A stretch of DNA of 64,000 nucleotides from Octopus vulgaris (lineage: Eukaryota). Position numbers and translations under genes: made by a program. The DNA is taken from the NCBI GenBank assembly GCA_951406725.2, contig OX597824.1:52886001-52950000 (forward strand), in the 5' to 3' direction. How positions within the stretch are numbered: the first letter of the stretch is position 1; the number at the start of each line of letters is the position of its first letter. Positions 53,264 to 64,000 of the stretch are shown one piece after another. Under the pieces are notes generated by a model that searched no databases, was not told the origin of the DNA, and was given only the letters and a program-made list of their open reading frames with translations.

Positions 53264-56200
53264 CGTCGACCTGTTCACTTCGTTGTAGCTTAAAGTAAGT
53301 TTATTTTGCTGTTGTAATTATTATAGTTGAACTTGTTGAATTTTTACTGCTATATTTCCCCTATTGAGGGGTGAATAATTGTGTTTTCCCCTTTTAAAAG
53401 GGCGAAAATAGCCATTTTTAAAATATCGATTGTCTAAAAGAAAAAGAATTTACTATGGAACAAATATTGTTTGATATAATGAGGGACGTGTCAAGAATCG
53501 TCGAACGATTCTCAATTATCAAGGGAAGAGTTCCCAGCGCTGCCTGGTAATTCAAAAAAGAGAAGGCAAAGGAAAAACCTATTAATTTCGCCCAAGTTAC
53601 AGCTGCCAGTTCCAAAGCAGCTGAAGTAGATATTTCTGGATTAGTAAAGTATCAAGGCTGTTGCAAGAAGGCCAGGAATAATGTAGTCCTAACTCTGCCT
53701 GATGTTTTACACACAGCTGGGCATAAAACCATTATTTATAAAAATTTTAACGTAAAGGAAAAAATAATTATAACAGCACCTAACATGCAAGTGGAGAAAT
53801 ACTTATAGCCGATATGGAGAGAAACGTCATACGTCGGTAAAGGCAAAAGGTATGCTACCGTCGAGGTACAGTTTCCCAGCGAGGAAATTGCTAGAAAGCA
53901 CTCAACGGAGGTGTTAAAGTCATAGATAGACACAAAATACGCCAGTGAACTACCACTTTTTCAAAGTGCAACGAACATGGCACATAATGTTAGAAGAACG
54001 TTACCCAAATTGGGTCAGGCCGTGAGCAAGGAGTTCCGGTCATACATTTTTCAAAATTGGTTGAAATCTCAACACATCCCACAAGAGAAGAGGAAGGAGG
54101 GAGAGGGAACAGGTAGTTCCCCCCCCCCCCCGAAGAAACTTTAATTAAATTGTACCTTTATGGCTTCCTTGCAATTTGGTTGTTTGAATGTGCGTAGCCT
54201 GGGTTCGGTCTGGGAGCAAAGCTGCCTCCTGGCCGAACTCCAGTCACGTAATTTGGATGTTTTTGTCACCACTGAGACCAGAATGAGCAGTCTTCAAGCT
54301 TTGTCACCTCTATTTAATGGCTATGAGAAATTTATTTCTACATGCCAGCCTGGAAGGGTGGGGGAGTGGCAGTTCTGTTCAGGAGGAATCTGGGGCTTAT
54401 TATACAATTCATCTTTGTAGATCCGGAAGGCTGGCTGGTCATCTCGGACGTGATATGTAGCAATGGGCAGGCCTGGTGAGTGTCTATGCGCCATGTAATG
54501 CAGGGCAGTCGGACGTCTAGAGACCTTTCTCGGGAAGTCTCGCACTCTTGTGGTATTAGGTGACTTTAAAACAATCCTCGATGCGCGCGTGGATTGTGTT
54601 GACTCGAGCCCCATCAGAGTAGGGAACCCTCGCCTCAGAGATCTGCTTAGCAAGTTTCAGCTAGCAAATCGTTCCAGACTGGACTACCCGGACTCTCTAC
54701 AATGGACGTGGGTGAATAGCGATGGACCATCCAGATCTTATCTAGACAGGTTATTTGTCAGGACCAGAGATAACGATAGGGTTAGTCGTTCACAATTTGA
54801 CATAGTCCACTTCTCTTACCACAAATGTCTGGCCAGCAGGGTGGACTTAGATAAGATGATTAGTCAGGGACCCAGTTACTGGAAACTCAACAAGACATTA
54901 CTAGCTTGTGGGGAGTATAGAAACTGGATTAAGGAACTTGTTATGAGGACACTAACCGGTACCATTTTCAATAACAAATGGGGGTTAGCCTTCAAAAGAG
55001 CCATCAAAATCGAGTCCATTAGATTTAGCAGGGAGCTAGCTGCTAGAAGGGCTAGAATAGAAGGGGATCTAGTTAAGACGCTGGATAAGGCATTGAGGGC
55101 AAGCTGTGCACCGAGAGCTTTGGCGACGAGATTGGCGTTAGACTAACACCTCAATGCCAAATACGAAGGGTGCATAGTCAGAGCTAAGCTTCGTGCAATG
55201 GAACGAGAAGGAATCAACGTCACCGGATGAGCCCGTGTGGTAGAGGCTCAGCGTGACAACGATGCTACAATTGGGTCTTTGGCGGATCAACATGAGCGGG
55301 TGGTGGACGAACCCGATGAAATGTGTGTAGTTCTTCAGCAGCATTTCGCCCGGCTCTTTGGGGGAAGCGGTGCACCGGATTGTGGGGGGGGGACCTTACG
55401 GACTTCGTCATCGGTGTGCCGCGACTCTCGTTGAGGGAAGCGGAGCGTTGAGAAGGGCCGATCACAACCGCGGCCGTGAAGGACGTCTTGGTCGACTGTG
55501 GAAAGGAAAAGTTGCCGGGAAGAGAGGTGGTGGCAGGAGCAAGAATTAACCAGGACAAGTCAGTCGGCTGGCGTCTAGGTATCTGGAGAGGCAAGCCGAT
55601 GCCGTCATACAGCGTCGTGGGGCGTTGGACAGACGGTCCGGTGAAAAAGTTAGGGATCTGGTTTGGTCCAGACCCCCAGATCGATAGAAAGTAGAGCGAG
55701 GTCATGAGCAGGGTGGCTGGCCTAACCCAGATCCGGTCTAGAAAGCAGTTGTCTATGAAAGGAAGGGTGGAGGTGGAAAATATGTTTATCGCATCTGTCA
55801 TTACCTACCGCCTAACCGTAGTGCCTTGTCCGTATTCGTGGTTGGGCAAGATGGAGTGCGTACTCTTCCGCTTTATGTGGGGAGGCGGAGATTCGCGAGT
55901 CCGACGATCTATCTGCTGCCAACAGCAGCTAAAGGGTGAGCTAATGATGCCGTGATTGAAGCTGATGAAACTCGCGCTTCGACTTCGGCACCTTTGGCTC
56001 AACCTGGAGGGATGGTGAGCATCCCTCGTTTGTGAAGTTCATTCTTCCGCAGTTCACGCCTTTCAGTGAACTGGAACCGTGGATCAAATGGAGACCCAGG
56101 CTGGGTGAATGGCATGCAGAGTACCGTCAGGTTCCCTGGCTCCTTTCCCTCAGGGACAATGTCGGCGGTAGGGTTTCCACCTCGTCCTTCTATAGAGGCT

Positions 56201-57003
56201 TGGTAGAGAGCGAGTGCGATGACAACCTGGGGAGAACTCTGGGCTTCAACGAACGTCAGCTTGCCAGCCTGTTTCGGACAACTTTTAGACCAGGACCTCT
56301 GGATAATTACCAGAAACCCTTGGCCTGGAAGTGCTACTGAGGGGCTCTACCCATTTGGGATAGGCTCTATTGACAATTTTCGTCGCCAACTTGTCCGAGA
56401 TGCGGGTGAAGCAGTGAAACTGTTTTACACGCATCCGATGTTATCTGATCTATGGAACTACACCGAACACCTGTTGTCACATCTAGGAAGAGTACAGATA
56501 TCGACCGAAGCTATCATCAAGATGGTCTCACCACCTTCCCTTAACAAAGAAGGAAAGGTTTGTACCCTTGTCGTGGTAACAATGGCAAAAGAGGCGATCT
56601 GGAAAATGAGAGCGAAAGAAATCCAGACAGGTACCTTCACCTCCGGCCGTGGGTTGAACTTTTTCCATTTCCACTTGAAACGGAAAATAAGGCTGGAGAG
56701 GAGATGCCTGCCTTCGGATGCGTTTGCGAAAAGATGGAAGAAAGTGGAGAGCTTGCTGGGAGTGAATGGCCCAACCTAAAGGAAGCCATAACGGTACGAA
56801 AATGTTTCAGTGGTCGTGCGTGGTGTGTAGGACCCCCATTGTCCCCACTTATTTTTTCGTTTCTAATTTATGCATTGTCCGTATTTTTAACTAATTTTTA
56901 ATTTTCTTTTAATTCCCACACGTTATGTACGTGGTTCAGCCACACCCCTCCCCTTTCTTTATGTGCTTGTCTACCCTTGTTTATCCCCTTTGTGTTGTCC
57001 CTT
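53264..57003 (+). mobile_element. Degenerate, internally deleted Tx1 LINE nested in the Gypsy protease region
   Basis: 15-bp TSD CATTCACTTTTTTGG at 53249-53263 and 57004-57018; FGCLNVRSL, SRSYLDRL, GPSYWKLN, VVGRWTDGPVK homologous to 13790-17229. Confidence 0.9.
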
Positions 57004-58300
57004 CATTCACTTTTTTGGTTCGAACTTTCAACATTAACCCGCGAAATATAATTTTCTTCTCGTAACACCACACGCTATTTTGTTTGGACTATATCATTTT
57101 GGTTTAGCCATTTATTCCCATGTTTTCTCATTTATGATTGTGATGTCACTTCCCGTGTCTAATTGCATTCTAATACTAGTGGTTTCAATTCTCACATTCA
57201 CAAATTTTCTCTTTGTTGTAGTCACAACTTTTCCTGCTGACAAACTATTTATTTTTTCTTGTTTGTGTCATTTTCCTATCGTTCTAGTATTGCAGTGTGA
57301 TTTTATACGTCCTGTTAACCCGCAGCGAAAACACTTTGCTTTTTTTATACGGACAATCTTTCTTCAGGTGCATCCCACCACATACCTTACGTCCCTATAT
57401 TTTTTCTGTTTTTCCTGCAAGACTTTATTTGTCTTCCGACTTTTTTGCACAGGTCTTATGTGAAAACATTCTTTCCGTTGAATTTCTTCCGCGTCATGCC
57501 TTAATTTTAATATCCTGTCACATTCTTTCGACAGTTTCTGCAATGTCAAATCCGTGTTCATTTCCAGTTTTGCTAGAATTTTCGTTCGGATATCTGCATC
57601 CCTTTTATCTGTCAATGCTTGTGCAAAAATCAAACACTTGAAAGATTCTGGGTAAGCATATCCAACCTAAATCTCTCACATACTTTGTTGACTCGGCTTG
57701 TGTAAATAGTGAAGTCTTCATGTTCGCTCTTTTCTATGTTTAAACATTTCTATCTAGTATTAAACAGTGAGCTCTTTTCACTAAACATTTTGCACAAAAT
57801 GTCAACTGTGTCGGTGAAATTTGTGACGCTTTTTTTGGCTATATGAAATTACTATACTTCTCGTGCTCTGGTGTCACTAGTTTTCTTAAAACTAGACGCG
57901 CTTTCATTTCGTCCGTCCAATCCTAACATTCTTTTTCAAACATTTGTTCAAATATTCGAAAATAAGCCTCGAAGGTTACTCCTTCGGGGTCATATTTGAA
58001 ATCGTTTATTGAATTTGCTCCATGGCCAAGCGAAAATGTATTCTCCGGTTTGGTTATCAACATTAGTTGTAAAATTTGTTGCTGCAATCTTTGTTGTTCT
58101 CGTTGTTCCTTGAGTTATTGTTGTAGATGTTTTTGCTACTCAACTACCCCAGCTTACAAGTCTTCCATATTTTACGATTTTCGTAAGTTTACACAAGATT
58201 TATGATTCTTTGTTGTCGAATTATTTAATTTTCCATGTGAATTAGCTTAAACTCACCGTGTGAATGTTGTTATTTTATAACTCCACGTAAATTTGTTTTT

Positions 58301-58311
58301 CCTCGTCGCCA
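58301..58311 (-). promoter_or_regulatory. Primer-binding site TGGCGACGAGG, complementary to the tRNA-Ser(GCT) 3' end
   Basis: CCTCGTCGCCA on +; tRNA assignment from the remembered eukaryotic tRNA-Ser(GCT) end. Confidence 0.75.
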
Positions 58312-58339
58312 CCGTTGTAAAGTGAGTTCTTCCCACCGG

Positions 58340-58599
58340 TGTGATGTGTGGCTGCCGTTGTACTGTTGTTGCTGTTGTACGCTAGTAGCCACAATAATTT
58401 CTAGTCATCGGATACCGCTGTATCTCTTCGTACACCAACTTCTGTCTTACTATTGCTGATTGCTCACATGAGACCTACTAGAACTGTCGGCTCTCAACTC
58501 TTGGACTCTCAACCCTCTCTTGACGACCGGCTTCTAGTCTATTTACAATGGCTGCCCCTCCCACATTTTAGTGGAAGGGGTATACAGTTTCACTATATA
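58340..58599 (-). repeat. 5' LTR
   Basis: Direct repeat of 50347-50615, visibly diverged. Confidence 0.9.
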
Positions 58600-59929
58600 A
58601 CAACATCAAACAGAAACGGGTAAAGTAAAAGGTGTGATATGCTGATCAGCAAGTTGATAACCAAACCGGAGAATCATTTGTGTGATGGTATTAAAATCCA
58701 ATTGTTAATAAATTGTTAATAAATACTTATTGAACAGGTGGCATTTCAAAATAATTCAGACCTTCCATTTAAAAGACTGAATATTAAACGCTTTTTTAAA
58801 TATGAGTCTCTTCGCAGCTGTACATAAATGGCATGCTTTAATTGTTAAAATGTTTATAAGTTATTACATTTTCATATTAGAGTTGCAACAGTAACACTGT
58901 TTAAGATTAGTTCTTTTCAATAATTTTCTGAATCTGTGATCAATAATAAAATGCTTATATTATTGGACAATTAAATGTAACGACTGAACTTTTTGTAAAA
59001 TACAACCACTTTGATAAGTACCTACCAAAAAAACTAGAATATATTCCACCACTGACTTGAATGGAGCTACATTTATTATTCTCTTATTCTTCATATAATA
59101 TCCTTATTTTTTATAACAAATGGAACCGAACCTCCTGCTGCTTAAAAACACTGGAACCTATATATGAATTGGTTTAATTAATGCATGTACTCAATGTGTG
59201 TACATATACAGGGCCTGGTAGGGAAACCAGGTTATTTTTACAACGTATTCATTTTTAAAATATAAATCGACTTTCTCTACCGGACGTTGTACATATGCGG
59301 GAATTCATCCGCGATTATGCATACTCACATGCCCATATATTAGTTAATCACATCTCCTTTATTACAATGCAGCAAAATTTGTTGACTTATTCCCTTGCAT
59401 AACCTTATGCTCCTACCAAACATTTATCATTAGTTTTTGTCATTTATATTTTCTAATTTTTTCATGTATTTACCTTTGTTTTCATACCCTCATCTCATTC
59501 GTTTGTATTATATATATTATTCCCTTTTTATTCTTCAACCACGAATGTGAAAGTAATTCATACATATAAGGCGTGTGACTGATACTTATAACGTTCCTAT
59601 CCCAATAAATGTCTCTCTGTGTTTGTGAACCTGACTGAAAGTATCAAGTTAAGTCCAATAATGCCAGCAACATAAAACTTCTGATGTTGATATAATTGGT
59701 AATAACAATTGGAAGCAGTGTTCCAGCACGGTCGCAGTCCAGCCATCGAAACTAGTTTGCATATACGCATATAAAATATGGGCGTATAGTATTATATTTT
59801 ATTTAGTGATAATAATGATACACTGGCATTTTTCAGTATTTCTCTTTTGTTACTACAAGGCCTCCGTGAGAGTTACCCAAAAAAGTAACCTGACCCGAAT
59901 GATTGCAACAGAACACACTTTTCTACAAG

Positions 59930-60006
59930 GTGGAGCAAAATTTGAACTCAGAACTTAAAGACGAACGAAATGACGAAATACCGTTTAGCATTTTCCCCGG
60001 GCACTA
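59930..60006 (-). mobile_element. Degenerate SINE head, third family (similar remnants at ~33160-33250 and ~42125-42200)
   Basis: ATTTGAACTCAGAAC.TAAAGACGAACGAAAT...AGCATTT; GAGTTCAAAT B-box on the minus strand. Confidence 0.5.
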
Positions 60007-60339
60007 TGCATTGACTAAGGTAAATGGTCTAGTATTAGGGCGGTAATAAAGAGGTTGACATATGCATGGGACTCGAAACCACACATCCATGTATTCATGA
60101 CAAGTGTGCCACCGTTTTCCCTCAGATATAAGAGCTATGATTTCATAATGTTGTTTTTTATAAACAAACTTCCCATGTGCGTTTTCTACGATTATTTTGT
60201 AAGCGGTGTCAATTTTACACTTCTCTAAATAATGATATAATTTTATAAGCTTAAAGCTTATAAGCGATCACCGGGCATTGACTACAGTAAATAATCTAAT
60301 ATTGGGATATATAAGCCCTCTTTTTATTATCGAGAGTTT

Positions 60340-61560
60340 ATATGCCCCAATATTAAATTATTGTGGGCAACAATAGTTGGCCACCTTTTTTTCGAGGGGG
60401 CGGTCTTCACTGCCTCCATCTTTCCCTCCGATGGAGAAGGTGGGGGTTCTTCCATCATTAACTGTTCCAGGACCTTACCTAGGTCCTGGGGACAGTTTTT
60501 TAATGTGGCCTGGTTCCAGGCACAGGTGAAACTTTGGGGGTGGGCATCCCTCAAGAATCACTGATACCTAGAACCGGCCATTTTAAGAAAATCTGGAAAC
60601 ACCAGATTCTTGTCTGACTGGGTCCACAGGGTCAAAACCGCTTTTGACCCCACCCAATCAGCCGCAGGCAAAATTTTGTCATTGAAGAGCTTGGCTCCGC
60701 TGCCATCCAGACATCGGCGGATAGTGTTTTCTATCCACTCGGGTTCTATCCCGGGTGACAAACCGCAGACCCAACTTCTTCTCACAATACGTAGAAAGAA
60801 ACAATATCTCTTCACCCTCTAAGGGCTGACTTGCAAAATTGCGAGCCTCTTCATGGGTGTCAAATAGCAACCACACCATCACATATTTGACACCCCTGGA
60901 AATAAATTTTATAGTTGGCATGTATTCCGCCAACTCTCCCTCTCTCTCTCTCTCTCTCTCTCAATCTTTTTAAAGGGGGCGATGGTGTCGAGTGTCTTAG
61001 AGTACGTTCGCAGCACCACCATCCTCTCCTCAAGACTTTTATCCACTGTTTGGGTGGGATAATTTCACACTCCATCACCTTATCATCTTTCTTTGCCATG
61101 TTTGAGAAGAAAAAAAAAGTTAAAAGCAAAGTTAAAAAAAGTTCGAAGATTAAACAAAAAAGAAGACAGAAGAAAAAAGGAAGAGTTCAAAACACAGCAG
61201 AATAAAGCCCAATTCCGGCCGACAGTACTCCTGGACTAGGGTAATACACCAGTAGAAACAAAGCTCTACAAATTGGTACGAATTTCACAAATATTTGGTA
61301 AAATTCCACAACTTTTGGGGGAGGTGAGACACGCCCCCAAAGCAACAATTCTCACAGCTAAGTGAGTCACTTAGCGCGACTGCATGCAGACAAATGTCCA
61401 AGACCCAGTGAGGATTTCTTATTTGCAAAAAGAAAAACAATATCAAGCAACAAAACCCCACTAAATCACCCACAAAAAACAGATACCTACCTTACAGTCG
61501 CGCCCTCAACGTTCATCAATTCGAGACCGCTGCGAAAGCACATCTTGACAGCATTCAGTT
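60340..61560 (-). mobile_element. 5' fragment (UTR + broken ORF1) of another Tx1-like LINE
   Basis: IKFISRG...FDTHEEARNFASQPLEGEEILFLSTY and GLSPGIEPEWI parallel YINWGP...FPNQEVAKTHSTESLENDEIIMVPYY and NVPPEIPNKWI of the 17304-19152 ORF1. Confidence 0.6.
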
Positions 61561-61638
61561 AAAAAACAACTCTGACTCACGCATGTAAGCAAGCTACTTA
61601 CCATACAGCCACTCTTGCACCTATAAATTATATAATTA

Positions 61639-62624
61639 TTCGGTTGTCAAGTATGAAATGTGTAGTAAGGTATATGGTAAAATTCGACAGCTGCTCATTT
61701 TCCACCATTATTATATTTTGGCAATCTTTTTTTTTTTGTTAGAAAGCTGATACATCTATTTCATTATTCTAACTCATTTTGCGCTTTATAAAGTGTCTAT
61801 AAATCGTTTTTTGCTATTTTGGTTGAGAGATTGATTAGTCGGGATTTCGTACAGTTTTGAATTATGAGTTCTTTCTTGGAAATACAGCATCACAGACAGA
61901 TCGGAATATTAATGGATTATTTCATTCTAATGTTATTACACAGCAGACAGTATCAAATTGGCTTGCAAAATTTCGTCCTGGCAACTTTGACTTCGTAAAT
62001 GAGCAACGCGGCCGACGAGAAACAAAGGTGGATAATGACGAACTGAAAGCCACCGTCGAGGCAGATCCATCTCACAGTGCCCGTGAAGTATCGTTGTTTG
62101 GTGTTAGCAAGCAAACAATATTGACTCACCTAGTTCAAATCGGTAAAGTGATAAAGTTGGACAAGTGGGTTCCACATGAACTCAATGAAAATCAGAAACA
62201 GCAATGTTTGGAAGCCTGCATTATGCTACTTTCTCGTCACAAAAATTAATCATTTTTGAATCGAATTGTAACATGTGATGAGAAATAGATCCCATACAAC
62301 AACTGTAAACATTCAGCGCAATGGTTGGACAAAGACAAGCCACCAAAACACAGTCTAAAGAGCAAGATTCATCAAAAGAAACTTGGATAACTTTTTGATA
62401 GAAAAAATATTTAATTCCAATGATGCTGTAAAACAAGCCCTCCAAGATTTTATTGACTGTAGATTGCTAGGCTTTTACACTTCCGGGTTGGACAAACTAC
62501 CTCTGAAAAGGCAAAAGTGTTTTGACAATATGGGTGCATATTTTGATGAATAAAACTATTCCTTGTGTTTATAAAACATTAGCAAACTTTTTCTTTTCTA
62601 CAAATTTCATACTTGACGACCTAA
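61639..62624 (+). mobile_element. Internally deleted mariner transposon
   Basis: 27-bp TIRs with 3 mismatches, TA TSDs (61637-38, 62625-26); KWVPHEL, IVTCDEK and terminal GAYFDE; catalytic middle missing. Confidence 0.9.
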
Positions 62625-62993
62625 TATATAAAGGAAAAGGGAAATAAAACCCTGCTAAACGTGTTGTAAGAATACGCCCAAAAGCGTTATAAAATCACCT
62701 TTAGCTCCTGTAAAAATACGGGTTGTAGACGAACAAATGAAAAATGCAGAATGAAACTCGACACTCAATTGTGCATTGGTCCAATTTCGAGATTAAAGCA
62801 GTACCCATCCACGAAACAAATTCGTACGATCATGTGCAAATATCCGCGTTTGTGCTTCAAGATAAAGTCAAATTTTTACTTTTCATTTCAGCCGCGTATT
62901 TTTTAAACCGAAATAGCCTGAAAGCACACACATATTCACACATAATACAATTGCACGCGCGCACACAAACACACATGAATTTATATATGAATT

Positions 62994-63740
62994 GGAGTGG
63001 CTGTGTGGTAAGAAGTTTGCTTCTCAAAAATGTAGTCTTACGTTCAGTCCCACAACGCAGCACTGTGGGTAATCATCTTCCACTATAGCCCCGTGTCGAC
63101 CAAAGCACTGTGTGTGGATTTGGTAGACCGAAACTGAAAGAAGCCTTTCATATACATATGTGTATCTCTGTATCTATGTGAGAGTATCTCTGTGTTTGAG
63201 CGCGTCCCCACCGCCACTACTACCGTTTGAGTGCTGATGTTGGCTAGTTTACACCCCGTAACTTAATAGTTCGGCAAATAGGACCGATAAAATAGGGACC
63301 AGGCTTAGAAATTAGAACTGGGGTCGATTTATTCGATAAAATCAATGCGGTGCCCCAGCGTGGCTTGCTTTCCAACCACATGGTTCGGGATTTATTCCCC
63401 CTGCGTGGCACCTTGGGCAAGTCTTTTCTACTCTAGCGTCTGGCCGACCTAAGCTTTGTGAGTAGAGTTGGTACACGAAAACTGAAAGAAACCTGACGTA
63501 ATATGTGTGTGTGTGTGTGTTTCTGTGTGTGTCTTTGTGTCTGTGTTTGTCCCCCATCACTGCTTGACAACCGATGTTGGTGTGTTTACGTCCCCATAAC
63601 TTAGTGTTTCACAAAAGAGATCGATAGCATAAGTAGTAGGCTTACAAAGAATAAGACGTGGAATCGATTTCTTCGACTAAAACACCCTTTAAGGCGGCGC
63701 TTCAGCATGGCCGCGGTGAAATGACTGAAACAAATGCAAG
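62994..63740 (+). mobile_element. Two tandem copies of the main SINE (~62994-63361, ~63362-63740)
   Basis: Both colinear with 23752-24140; the second lacks the start of the head. Confidence 0.85.
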
Positions 63741-63741
63741 A

Positions 63742-63774
<33 letters not shown>

Positions 63775-64000
63775 GATGCATATATATATACATATATAAC
63801 ATGGGTGGCTCATTCGCAGTTTTACAACCTAAGAGCAGAAATATAGACGTCACTAAAGTAACGAACGTTATCAATCAGCACCAGTAGTGTTAGAAATAAG
63901 AGTCAAAACAACTCAATAGCCACGGAAATCAGTACATTAATGACTGACAAGGGAAGCTGTGGACATGACCAGATCATCCTTGATTTTGCATTTTAATGCT

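Larger units (their letters stand above)
50347..58599 (-). mobile_element. Decayed Gypsy LTR retrotransposon (Mag-like), gag-PR-RT-RH-IN order
   Basis: LDTGSDITI (PR, ~57150), AYLNDIL (RT), LATDA / EKEALAII / QTDHRPL (RNase H), HVGHQGITRMK...CRRC and HPRSNG (IN); LTRs, PBS and PPT present. Confidence 0.9.

Overview
This is an AT-rich animal genomic window with no intact host gene that I can support. The SINE family and microsatellite content suggest an octopod cephalopod (inference). It is a mosaic of retroelements, DNA transposons and microsatellites. Main elements: (1) a near-intact Tx1-clade LINE (13501-19393, -) with (GATA)n on both sides, and a related 5'-truncated 3' end in another (GATA)n tract (7765-8023); (2) a near-intact RTE LINE (36686-39870, +, one nonsense codon); (3) a decayed Gypsy LTR element (50347-58599, -) carrying a nested, RT-deleted Tx1 copy with an exact 15-bp target-site duplication (TSD); (4) several Penelope-like element (PLE) fragments; (5) R4/Dong-like, CR1, RTE, Tc1/mariner, MITE and Helitron-like remnants, many tRNA-derived SINEs and a 5S-like pseudogene. 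Hidden structure found by eye: seven minimal hammerhead ribozyme (HHR) motifs in PLE-type terminal repeats, two of them forming a back-to-back pair in a 354-bp palindrome; apparent sorting of retroelement families among different microsatellites; and faint, same-strand remnants resembling class A GPCR genes. All family assignments are by motif recognition without database searches, and coordinates of decayed elements are approximate.
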